NCBI GenBank assembly: GCA_000708835.1
Contig: DF237050.1
Span: 119,919-183,918, forward strand
DNA: 64,000 bases
Direction: 5' to 3'
Source of the DNA: Klebsormidium nitens
Lineage: Eukaryota; Plantae; Klebsormidiophyceae
In this document: positions 40,255-52,321 of the stretch, piece after piece
Position numbering within the stretch: the first letter of the stretch is position 1
Layout: each line of letters starts with the position of its first letter
Program-made: the position numbers and the translations under genes
The notes under the pieces: generated by a model
The model's input: the letters and a program-made list of their open reading frames with translations, nothing else
Databases searched by the model: none
What the model was told of the DNA's origin: nothing

Positions 40255-40380
40255 TAGTGAACAATAACAGCCAGTGAACAGTAACGGAGACGGGTAGGGT
40301 TAGTTAGGGGGTTAGGGTGCGGAGCGGGTGTTTCTTTAGGTTAGGGTTTTTAGTAAACCCAAAATGCTTACTGTTCACTA
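40255..40380. repeat. Telomere-like TTAGGG/TTTAGG island bracketed by a 13-bp inverted repeat
   Basis: TAGTGAACAATAA (40255-40267) and a second copy AGTGAACAGTAA (about 40273) pair with TTACTGTTCACTA (40368-40380). Between them lie tagggttagttagggggttagggt and a second ttagg/ttaggg cluster. Confidence 0.55.
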
Positions 40381-40971
40381 TATTGAGAAATACCCACGAT
40401 CGAGGTCCTGACGCCAGCTCTAGCGGCAGATATTGCATCTAAAACTAAATGCACATGGTCGGGACTTGTTTGTCGTCGGGCCATGGTTGCATGCCCACAT
40501 GATCAACAGTTACTATTGAGGATTGTGGATCGTTTGCGGGCCGGCCGGATTCGGATTGAAAAATAAGGAGACCCGGCCGCCGCGCGTACATCAACTAGGC
40601 ATGCATAGCGCCTATAAACGTAGCGCTTTGACGACATATCCCGGCAACGCTTATGCATGAGGTAATTCCGACGCACTAATCAACCCTGCTGAGGCGGCTT
40701 CAACAATTGCGGACGAGTGAACGAACCGCCAGAGTCACTAAGATATGCCCGTGCAAAGCGATATGGATCCGTCGAAACGGGTTTACGGTGTGCGATCAAG
40801 TGCGGGGCTCCGCGAAGCAGAATTTGATAGGATGTTTTGGACCAGTCGGTGTACGTTAGCACAGACTAGCAGGCGCCTTTGTGGATTGCTCAGTTCCGTC
40901 TCTTTGAGCCCGTCGGCGCGGGGCAAGGGGAACCAACCAACAAGGGAACTTGGTTGAGTTGGAGAATCCAT

Positions 40972-43672
40972 TCAGAAAGTGAGGCGCTCTGTCGTCGTGG
41001 ACACGACCTTGAGCTTGTCCGTAAGGGCATTGGGGTCTGCAAAGTTGTGCGTTTCGGACCCTAGGCCCCTCTGTGCTAGCGCCTCAAACGACTCCTCCCG
41101 CTGCGTGTACTCCCGGATGACTGACACTGGGCATATGCTCTTCTCGCCCTCTTTCGGTTGGAAGGGGCAGTATATGCGAGCGTCTCGTAACCGGAACCGT
41201 GCTCCGTCAACTCTCATCTGCGGCCAGAACGGTTTGCATTTGGGCTGCAGGTTGCAAGGGACTAGGAGCAAACCTCTTCCTTGGACCGAAGGGAGCTCGA
41301 AGGAACTCGCGAAATCGGAGGACGGGCTTCCAAAAATGGCCAGCAATGTTGATGGAGACTCTAAGACGTTGAGAGTGACAAGGCTTTGTATGATCCAAAA
41401 GCAGAACGAGCCTGAGCCTTTTTAACAGATTCGAAGCAAGATAGTGTGCTTTCATATGAATCCCATAAGCTTTGGAGATACGGTGCTGTCAGTCGAACTT
41501 ATCACTTGCGGAATAAGGTTTTGCAATGCCAGCAATCCCGTCGCTTCCAGAAGAACCTTGCAAGAAATTTCCTCCACTGCAGACGCAAGAATCAATGGGA
41601 AACGGGCTTACAAAGACGAGCGACCAGTCGGCTTACCCAGAACCGCAGCAGCACGAACCAGCAGCACGGCATCACGCGCACCTTGGCCGTGAGCAGCGTC
41701 ACCCCGTTGTCGGCAAGCTCGTCCTCATACAGCACAACCTGGGGGGTGACGAAGCATCAAAGGCAAATCGCCAAACCTAGGACGCATTCTCAGAATAGCT
41801 GACACCCCTTTGTTCCATGACCTGGACAGGTATGAGAAGGTCGAACTTCTTTGCTTGTGAAGGGAGGGCCATGCACACACCCAGAACAATGTGCATAAGA
41901 CGTTGACTCATGTCAACCAACCGAAGAGAGGCGGACTTAGTGCAATCCGTGCTACATGTCGTACTTGAACCCGAAGTGGGGAACAAGGAGGAGAGACGGA
42001 AGTCACGCCCACGTATTGGCCGCAGCTGACTCACCTCGTCGTAAAAGAGAATGGGGTCTCGGGCCATCAGGAGCTCAAGATCGATGCTGCCCTCAAAAGG
42101 CTCCCATCGAACGCTCAGCGCAGAAGAAGCCCCTTCGGAGGGCCTCGACCTTTCCCCGCCAGATGAACCCTCTTTGCTAACGGCAGGTCTTGCGCCTCCC
42201 TCGCTGGACGAAGCTGTGTTCCCTTCACGTGATCCGGCTTTTGTACCCCCCGCCTCTAAGCTCTGCTTGATATCCACTGCGCCACTACTTGGACTCTCCG
42301 GAGGAAGACTTTCGGTGCCATTCCTGTCCGTTTTGCTCCTTGGATTTTGTCCAATAGGGTCAGCGGGTCTGGTGGGCCCAGGGGGGTAACGCCTCAAGCT
42401 GCCGCAGTAGGGAGTGGTGAAGGTATAGTCATATTCCAGGAAAATCTTGGCCTCAGGGTTGCTGCACAACAACAGGCTTGGAGTGAGCCCTGCGAAACAG
42501 CCATTCTTCAGGTCAAAGCACGTCCTTGCTAAAAACATGATTGAAAGTCGAGTCAGAATCTGTCTATGTGATTGGAGTGAGCTCCAGCGCAGTCAAATAA
42601 GATGAGTTCGGAAGTCATTAAGGTTATACTTAGACTTTGGGTCAATCTTCAAGAAGGGCTCAACTTTTCACTATGACACATGTCTGGCACTCACCAAGCA
42701 GACTCTAAAATGGTCAAGATACTTTTTCCGATCACAACACCAAGCCCCAGGTTCAATTAAAGCAATGAATGAGTGGTCGTGCTCACCTCTTCTTACTCCA
42801 GTGCTTGGCTGCGGGGATGGGCACAGGCGGCAAAGCCTCTGCGCACCACCCATGGAGAGCATCAAGCGCATTGAAGTTGAGGCAGACACCTGTTTCTTCA
42901 TGAACAAGTTCCAGCCAACTTCCCCCAAAGACCATCTCGGGAAGGTGCCGGGTGCCAAGAGTCTCCTCCCATCTGGACACAAAAGAGCAGAACGGGGACA
43001 TCTGATTCTTGTACTCTCAGCTTAGGAGGAATGTAACTGAGAGATTCAAACAAAAGATTCTTCCGCTCCACATTGACCTCCCTGGAGGCCAATTGCGATT
43101 CGCCTTCCGCTTTTCTTCGTCAAGAAGCTTGCCAGAAATCCACTTAAAAAGTCTGAGCGATGGTTTTCACTGTCCCGCTCTACCCACGGTGGCCATCAAG
43201 GTGGTGAAGACTGCAAGCTGGTGGCACCAAGCCAAGATGATAATCAAAACAGGAACTGAAAAACTGGGAATATAACCTTGCAATGATACTCTTGTTGCGG
43301 CTGGAACACAATCTGATTTGGGCTTCCATTCTGCCCCTTAGTGTGGACATTCGGTTTTCCGAACCTTCCACAGCTCCCAAGCACCCCACCTTCTCAAGCT
43401 TTTCGTGATGAAAGTCTGACTCACATCTCGATCTCTCTTGCATTGAGAATTGGTCGCTTCTGTGTCTCTATTCTCCATCCGGCAATTCTCACGCCACAGC
43501 GGTCCTCTTCCAATTCCTCCCCCCCAGCATCAACCAGTGCTTTCAATGGCGAGGTATCTGCAGTGGCCCCGTATGAAGCCCCAGGGACTGCCGGCAACGC
43601 AGGCGCAGGCTTTGTGCTGTTCCTCTCGCTCCAAGGTGCAATTGCATCCTCGTGACGGGGCCTATGCGCCAT
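40972..43672 (-). CDS. TIP41: TIP41-like PP2A regulator, about 402 aa
   Basis: Exons 43672-43425, 42972-42787, 42461-42035, 41738-41637 and 41217-40972. Motifs HLPEMVFG, FNALDAL, YDYTFTTPYCGS, DPILFYDEVVLYEDELADNG and VRVMPCCWFVLLRFWMRVDG. Confidence 0.93.
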
Positions 43673-44600
43673 GCTTTATGTCTCAATGCAGCTGCCAGAA
43701 AAATCAACCTGTGAACCAACTTATTAGTACAAACACAAGAAAATTGCGACCTCTTGCCAGGAGAGGGCAAGCGCAACAGGAAAGAAAGTGAAGGACGGAG
43801 TGGCACTGGCACTGCCAGCAGCTCCTTCCTTTCTGCCTTGAGAAGTTGGAGTCACACCTTGCTTTAATTGGCAGCCTGTTTTTGGCGGCTTGCAGGTTAG
43901 CAAGCGTAACCGACTAACGTAGGTATTATTATACGATTGTTTCTTCTCGAGCTGCTAGGTAATCGAAATTGAAAACCCTCACGGGTTAAGAAACGGGTTT
44001 GCAAAGGAAAAGGGATGCCAGTTGTCCGCGATGGAAAATTGGGGCCACAGATCAGCTCCAGATCGTTGCTAGAATCGTATCCAGGGCAGATTTCGTCTTG
44101 TCTCCTTCCTTCCCTTACAATCCTAATAGCATCTGGGTGAAGGCTAAGGCGCAGCCTGCATGCACACAGGCCAGAAAGCAAGGAGCGATTTCTGATATTG
44201 GAGACGGAATCTGGTGGCCGCAGGCAAAAAACAGAGGAAGCGAAACAAAGCACCACCGATGCAACTCAAGCAAGTGTCAGAGCACACATTCCGCCCTTTA
44301 TAATGGTGCACTAGGAATGGGCGATCTGAGTTGGCGATTGCAAGCTGGGAGTGTAGGAATGGGACACAAATCGTGTTTTTCCGGCACATTCCAGCTACTG
44401 TGACACCTCAGCATTGCAGCCAGGCATTTTGGCATCTTGGCTGACCGCTGCATCACCACTCCCAGGATGCTTCTAATGCAGAGTCTGCTATAGAACTGGT
44501 TGGGCAATGCCGTTGGCTAATTGACGCTCCACCAGCAAATGGCACGATCAACTTGAAGCAAGTTCAATTTTGGGCCGTAAGTTCTCCTTTGTTTCTAGCA

Positions 44601-47600
44601 ATGGAGTCAATTGCTCCCGCTGGTCACTTACTCGGTGGCCAAGTGTTGCGCCTGTGCAAGTTACAAGGGCTAGATCTGGAGAAAGACCGCCCTTGCCTTG
44701 TGAAGGAGGTTCCAAGCTCTTGGTTGTCTTTGCAAAAAAGCAGCAAACCGTGTAGAAAGTCTGGCGCCACTGCAGCCGCTGGCACACATGGGGCAGAAGT
44801 ATGGACTATGAAGCCACTCGTGGTTGGTATTGGCATGAGCTCAAGTAGGAAGGATTTGGCGGGAAAGGGCTCACGGGCCTCTTCAATGAAAACTGATCGC
44901 ATCAAATGCAGGTAAGACGCAGAATGAAAAAGAAGTTCTGATCTGCAAGTATGTGTTTCTTGATCCCGTATCACAAGACACATACTCATAAAAGTACGTT
45001 GGCTCAGAGATAAGATAGCTAATATCACTTCGCTGCTTTTCCAAACGAGTATGTGTTTACCGTGTGTTTGGGAAGGCTGTTCTTCTTTGCCACCAGCTCG
45101 GTGGTCGTTTTGAAAGTATCCTGAACCTGCACAGATCCGCACAGACCAAATCTCTTTGATTTCCTGTGTCATAGAACTAAGAGCATTCTCTATCCAGAGC
45201 TGCTATCCTGTAGTTCATTCTTTTCATTAGAAGAGGGGCTGTGAACGCGGTCGCTTCTGCTTCTTATTAAAAGCCTGCACAGATTCGAAATTGAGGGAGC
45301 AGTTTCAATCGAAAACAAGAAGAAAATCACGATCAGAGCACAACTGGTCACATTTCAGCCCAACATCACTGTTCAGACGGCTGATGAAGGAAACAGGATA
45401 CTTTGGCACGCCGACCTTTCCTATTGCAGCTTCTCAATTCCCACCATGTAACGGGCCCTTCAATAATCGTCCCCCCCAATAAGCGTAGTTCTGCCTCTTG
45501 TGCAGCGCATCTGCTCAGCCAACCAGAGCTGTGGGCAACGACAATGAGGAGGCATATCGTCGAACCAAAAGCCTCCTCACATCACTGTCGCAGAGCATGG
45601 CGGACCTTGAAAATGAGATGTCTGTGCAGCAGAAGGTAGGAGAGCCGATGCTGTTTGCACCATCAACTGATAGAAGGCCAGCCGACACACACTGACTCCG
45701 GCGGCTAGTGAATCGTCTTTGAGGACTCATGTTTTCTCCTTGATTGCAACCTGAGTCCCGCTGCATTCATTTGTACATCCGACTTAACATCTGATTGTAA
45801 ATCTAGACGAGATCGTTGGAAACCCACGTCATTGCAGGAACTGAGTGATACCTCCGCAAGGATCGACGAGATCATTATGGGCGAACCAGGCGCACTGCCT
45901 GAATACAATGGGTCGTTCTTTCCCCCATCTGAGGGTGGACAGCGGGACGTCGACATGGCACTGCGCCAGGAGCTGCAGCGTGAAAGTCAAGCTGTGGCCC
46001 AGTCAGAGGCGGAGATCAAGGACCTAAGGGCAAGGCTGCAGCATGCGCAGAAGCTGAGTGCGCAGGCGGCAGACTTGCAGAAAGCGGTGGACGAGAGGGA
46101 CCTGCGGCTAGCAGCGCTCGCAAAGGACCTCTTGGAGCAGAACCTGACCAACGAAGAGAAGGCCCAGAAGCAGGAGGTAAGTGGCGCTCGCTAGGATGCG
46201 TCATCAGTGTGGTTCAATTGACTTTTGAGGAGGAAGAGTGGGCATCTTGGCTTCCGAAGGGAACTTTAATCACCTCCTTCAATCAGACAAGAGACCCGTC
46301 ACCTCAGGCGGTGTGCAAGAGGCTTCAGGTGGCAATGCCGGCACCGTAGCGGATGCGGCAGTAAGTCGTCAGGAGAAGGTTGAGAAGAGGCAGACTTTAC
46401 TAAGAGGGCTATGTTGAGATATGCTTGTATCACCCTCTTTCTCGCTAACACGTTTTTTTCTCCGACGTGCGCAGGCGCTGCATGCCGCGGAGCTGCGCAT
46501 TGCCGAGCTGACCACGGAGACGCAGCGGCTGCAGGAGGAGATTCAAACTAGGGATGGCCTCATGGCACACATGCAGAAGGAGGCGGCGATGAGTACCAAG
46601 ACACTGCAAACCGCCGCCAAGGTGAGCAGTATCTTCTGCTATCCCTTATACTGCAACAGACTCCCTGCAGCGGTCAGGGACCGATTGCGGTTTTCGTACG
46701 CAATCGGTCGAAAAATTGATGTAGGTTCTTAGCTTCGCAGAAGAAGCTCTGGAACGCTTCTGCACCTTCATGTGCCAGTACTGGAGTCATTACGACTGCG
46801 TCTATGAAACGCTTTATGAGGCTGGATCATATAGGTTGGAGATGTCGGTCAAGTTGCTCTCTTAACAATTTCGTGATGCACCACATCAACCACAAGGGCA
46901 GAACTTTCACGTTGTGTCTGCACGTCATCGTTTCGTCTCACTCACTGCCCAGGCTATTGCCAACGTGCGCGAACACAACGTGCTGCTGGAGACCGAGTTG
47001 GAGCAGCAGCGGCAGCAACTGAAAGAGAGTCGGGACGAGCTCGGCAAAGTGCAGCGCCAAATGGCGGAAAAAGAGCAGGTGTGTGTGGCTGCCGTTTTTG
47101 AAAGCCAGTCGCCGTCTTTGGCTCATGCATCTTCGTCATGCTGTATAGGCAAGCTCGTTTGCTAGTGAGGCATTATGAAGGCGACCTTCGCCTGGATTTG
47201 TTTGCTCTGAGAGTAGGGCTTAAACTATGCTTCAAACAAGTTTGACGTAGTTCGGAGCACCAATAGGACGGCGACCAGCTAATCAAGGCGAGTGCCATCT
47301 GATCTGGTGTCTGCTTGACCTCCCCGTCACCTGCTGTTGAAGGCGTCAACGTGGCACCGCAAGTGTTAAACTACCGAACATGCATTCGTCTCGTATCTCA
47401 AATCCTTTTCCCTGGCCTCGTGACATTCTGCATCCTGTCTTCAAACTGACTCCCGTTGCCCCCAGGCGCTGCAAACCGCGGAGCATCGCATTGGCCGGTT
47501 GGAGCAGGCCATGCACGAGCTGGACGCCAACCTGGAGCAGGAGAACCAGGACAAGCAGATTGCGCAAAAGCAAGTCGCGAAGTCCAAGGAGGTGAGAGCG

Positions 47601-50600
47601 AGGCAGAGAGCGACATAGCTTTTGACAGGGAGATCGCCAGAGATTACTTTTATACCTAGGCCTGAAGTGCCTGGGACAGCAGGCCGTCGATCAAAGAGTC
47701 AAAGCGATTGCGCCTTCCTCATCAAACCGTCATCGTGGAGTTCGTCCTCAAACTCATTCTATCTTCTGCGCCTGTTTGCTGTACACATTCGGATCTCGCA
47801 GAGCGTGTATCTAGGCCAGTGTTTCCGTAGTTTGGAGCCGAACGGTCGGTGCGGGTGCGTGCAGGAGGTGATCCAAGCACGGATGAGGATCAACGAGTTG
47901 ACGGAGAAGATGGGCGGCCTGGAGAAGCAAGTGAGCCAAAAGAACGCCTCGGTGGCGCAGCTCAAGAACCAGCAGGCCAAGACGTCGCTCGCACTGGAGC
48001 AAGCCAACCAGGTGAGCCGCCGCGGCCGAGGAAACGAGCAGTTTGTCCAAAACAAAACTCCTCTGGTTGATACAAATAAGGTGCAAACCGCACAAAGACG
48101 TTTACTCCGCCTCCATTCGCTGTAAGATCTGGAAGGACAATGTGATGAATCTGTCGGTTTACTTTTTTGACGGACATATTTTGATCTGGAGTCCGGGTCA
48201 ATCCTTGGATGATTGACAAACGCTTCGAGAGAAAGCCGTCAGTGCTTGCAACTTATCGAACCAACAAGTGGTGTTTCTTCCTGTGTGCTGAGCCCTCCCT
48301 CTGGCTACGTCTGCAGTCGCTCCAAGCGGCCCAGAGCCAGATCCAGTCGCTGGAACAGCAGATGGTGAGGGCGCAGGAGGCCCTCAAGGAGGAGGTGGAG
48401 GCCAGCACCAGCGCACTCAAGTCGGCCGCCTCCAGGGAACAGGCAAGTCTTGCTGCGCTTTTAGCCTTTTTGACTCGTGTCGTTCTTCCCGGCTGCAATC
48501 TGAGGTTTGGCGCAGCCACCAGAAGAGCAATGTTACTACGGAACGCATCTGTCTTGTGACCGTCAAGCGATGCATTGCGTCCATAACACGATGCTCCACA
48601 TCTCCATAACTAGTAAGATCTTTCAAGCAGTAGAGCCCGCAGTAAAGCTTGTTGAAGAAGGAACGTGCTTTTCTCTCCCTGTCAGGCGCTTCGGTTGTCC
48701 GAGGGGCGTGTGCGCGAGCTGGCGACGGAGAACACGACGCTCAAGGCGCAGGTGGCGAGCAAGGAGAAGACGATGGAGGCAGTGCGCGAGGAGACGCTCA
48801 AGAACGCGGACATGCTCATGACCGCACAGAAAACACGGAAGGTCAGGCCTGATCTGCGCTCAGGAACTCGAAAGGCAGGGGACGAGCCCTTTGGACTACC
48901 AAAAGAAGAATGTGTTCAAACCTTCGATAAAGCAGAGGAAGAACCAGCGAACTGTCAGGCGATGGAAAACGCATTCTGGCCGGCAGCTTCATGCGTTTTT
49001 GGATTCTCCTGGAATTAAACGAGATGGGCTACTGGTAATAACATTTTTCAAAGATTCTCTCAACCGTTGATCAGGATGTATCAAGCAAGAAATCCGTGAA
49101 GTCGACTGTGACGTCAGCCGCACACACACCTCGACAGAGACTCAACTACAGCACACATCGTTTCTGTGCAGAGTTTAGTCGAAGCCGAGGGGAAGCTGAC
49201 GCTGCTGTCGCAGCAAGTGGCGTCGCTGGAGGACGAGATCCGGTCGCGGGACAGTCTCCTGGACGACATCAAGGCCGAAACGTTCAAAAGTGCAGAGACG
49301 CTCAAGATGGCCGCCAAAGTGAACCTGGTGGGAACCGTTACAAGTAACCTGTGCATGCTTACCCTGGCGTGCTGGTCATGACAATAAGTGAAACACGCCC
49401 CCTCCTGCACGTAAGCATTCGGCTCTTGATTCGGACACCTGGCATCCCGCTTGTCTGGCATGGGTACTCTCGAAAGGCAGACATATTCTGGTCGCTTGTT
49501 ACAAGTGTTCCGTATGGCGGTGCAGCTCCTGAACGAGACGCGGGAGCGGGAAGCCGAGTTGCAAGAAAATCTGGAGGAGAAGGATGACATCATCGGGGAG
49601 CTACAGCGGGAGCTCGCAGAGAACGCAAGAGCGGCCAGGGCGGAACAGGTGCGGCGCGTGGCGCTTCTGATGGCCCTCGGCGATCTCCCCTCTGCAATTG
49701 ACATTCTTAAAAAGGCACAAAGAAATGAAAACTGTTGTGAGCGAGCATAGTTGAGGCTACTGAGTAGATTTGATCAAGCTTTCAGGTTTTTAACCGTGCA
49801 GCCCGATGAATCGACGATGTTCATCCATTTTGAGAGTAGTTCTTTGCCTTTCAATTCAGTTGTCGTCGCCAAATGCACAAGTCTTCAAGTTTACAAAAAG
49901 GTACCCTCTGGCGTGCTATGCTCGCATTCTTTCTTACTTCTGTACCCTCCTAAAATTTAACTCTGGCAATGACTCTATTCTCGACTCCTTTTCGCCGTCT
50001 CGAAGCCACCCTATGTTGTGGATTATACTCTTGGGAACGCCCAAAGTCAGCGAGTTACTCAGCCGCGATAACCGCAAGTCTTCTCACCGGTTTTCGGTGT
50101 CCCCTCGGCAGGCGTTGAGGGCAGCGGAGCAGCGGAGGCGGGAACTAGAGGAGGAGAACGAGGCGCTGCGGCAGGGGGTCAATGCGCGGGACCAGGCGCT
50201 GCGGAACATGGAGGAGGAGGTGGAGCGGAGCGCAGAAGTGCTGGACGCAGGGCAGCAAACCAGAGAGGTGACGGCCCACCCGGCTTGCAGGCGCTACTCT
50301 TGTGGTTGTTTGGAAAAATGGCCTCGACCTGGAGCATACGAGTTGGTCTTCGAAGCGCTGATTGTTGGTCAAAACACTTGGTGCAAACGCGGGACGTCGG
50401 ATGCTAGAAAAACGGTTTCGAGTGACAATTACTTGAAGCACTTACATCCACCTACAATCGCTGGACCCGTATTCGGGACCTCGGTCCAGCGAGCCAGCGG
50501 GATGGAAGACCAGGCATCTGCGACTGTTTGATTCTCATGGACGTGACTGTGCTCAGCCGTCAAGCATCGAGTCTGGTTGCCCTTGCAGAAGCTGCGTCGG

Positions 50601-51112
50601 CTGCAGGCGCGGACGGGCGATCTGGAGGCGCAGCTCAAGAGCCGGGATGCCAGCGTGGCCGCCCTCCAGAGCGAACTGACGGCGCTCAAGCTGCGCGCCA
50701 GTCACGCGGAGCAGGGCCGGCCGCAGCAGCAAGCCAACGCGGCGACCAACAACAGCCGGCCACTGGTGAGCAATTTCACTTGCCTCGTAAATGAAAAAAT
50801 AATCAAGTTTCGAAAGAGAGTCTTCAGGAGCAAGGTCGAAGTTTCGAAGCGATTGGCTTCATCGACATTGCTTCCTTAGAATCGTTCCCTTTGCAAGCAG
50901 ACAGGGTTGCGTTATTGAACGCTTGCAGCTCCCACAGTCGTCGTCCAGACCCTATTTGTGGTTCTTCGACCCTTGGGAACTTCGGCATGCAACCGGCGCT
51001 GTCTCGGCCTTATATCTCTAACATGTCCAGCGGATCGCTGTTGCAGGGTGTGGCTCAAAGCATTTCGGACCTCGACCCCGCCCGTGAAGTAGAGCAACGC
51101 TGGCGACCCTAA
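44601..51112 (+). CDS. Long coiled-coil protein built from repeated phase-0 exons; family not recognised
   Basis: Exons 44601-44911, 45506-45635, 45838-46176, 46475-46621, 46953-47078, 47466-47591, 47865-48011, 48317-48442 (GC donor), 48686-48841, 49172-49318, about 49526-49648, 50112-50267, 50589-50765 and 51047-51112. Rich in E/Q/K/L heptads. The start, the 49.5-kb acceptor and the last exon are less certain. Confidence 0.75.
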
Positions 51113-52321
51113 GTGGTTGCGCATGCTCGGCAACCCAGATGAAAGACAGAAGCATGGCTCCTCGCGTTGAAGGTCTTGAGTCTAGATTGTTTACGCCTTG
51201 AGCCGCATCACGAGCTTGATATTTGGTTAGTGTAGCACGAGAGACGAAACGTCGGTAGGTATTGTCGGTTGAGCTATACTTGGATCCAAGGAGTCAAGAA
51301 GTTTTCTGGGCTGCACTGCGTGCTTCAAGGAGCAGTCGGTTCACACACAGGCCCCGCATTGATGGAGGTTGTACTGTCCCTCGCAAGAAGTACGTATACC
51401 CTTGAATACCAGGAGCTCCTTCTCCTCCCTTGCTTCATTATCTAGATCCTTAAATGTCAGGTGTTTTCTAGACTCTAGCTACTTATTGTACCTTGTAAAC
51501 GATGGGACGAAGATTCTGGGCGCACGCCCTTGAGAAAGCGGATAATTGAAGCTTTACTAAGACCCTTTCCAAAGGTCATCAAAAGAAGAAATAGACCCTT
51601 TTGGAAGGCAGTCAACAGGATTGCTTCGATCCAAGATCGAAGTTAAAGCATCATCCCATCCCGTGTTCGGCGATGGTCATGCACATGTATGTTTTCGTGC
51701 GTTTGATATTATGCATATACGTTAAGTGGCTTAGGTAAATTCAAAACCTTAAAATTTCTGCAAAGATCACTATTAAATGCATGCAACGTCGCCGCGCAAC
51801 TTCATCTTCTCATTGCATGCCCTCTCCGAGTGCATTGACCTCCGAATTCGTGTATCAGCTATCGAGTGCCGATTTTGTATGACATGGGTGCACATTTCCA
51901 GTCGCGCCCAAGGCATCACCATACCAGGTCGCGGAGGTCCATGCAATGCGGACGGAACTGCGTCTACGTGCATTTAACATGCACTAAGAATGCGGATTGA
52001 GCTATCTTACTTATCTAGTCAACATGTATCGCAATCAGCGGCGCCGCCCAGCCGAATCGAACATGGTGTCATCAGCTCGAAGTGATCTAGCCGATTGCAT
52101 CCACGATCATAAGCAATCGTTCGGTCTAACAAGGGCCTGAAAAATGTTGAAAGTTCCACTTGGCAAAAGGCCATGACAGGCTGTACTTTCAGGTGCGCAT
52201 CTGCTAGGTTGCTTGCAACATGGTACAGAAGTGGGCCACAAATGCACTGAACAACGTAGACGAGTTGACGCTTGAGAAGAAAAACGTCAAGTTTCTCCTC
52301 TTGTCTCGTCTCGTTTTCAAG
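51113..52321. other. Tail-to-tail spacer 5, palindrome/RY-rich
   Basis: Contains TGCATGCA near 51778, GTGCAT-ttaac-ATGCAC (51968-51984) and about 7-8 palindromic 4-mers per 60 nt in the lines counted from 51721-52020. Confidence 0.55.

Larger units (their letters stand above)
39634..40971. other. Tail-to-tail spacer 4, palindrome/RY-rich
   Basis: About 12 self-complementary 4-mers in each of 40201-40260 and 40561-40620 by hand count (GTAC, CATG, TGCA, GATC, TCGA and others). Confidence 0.6.
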
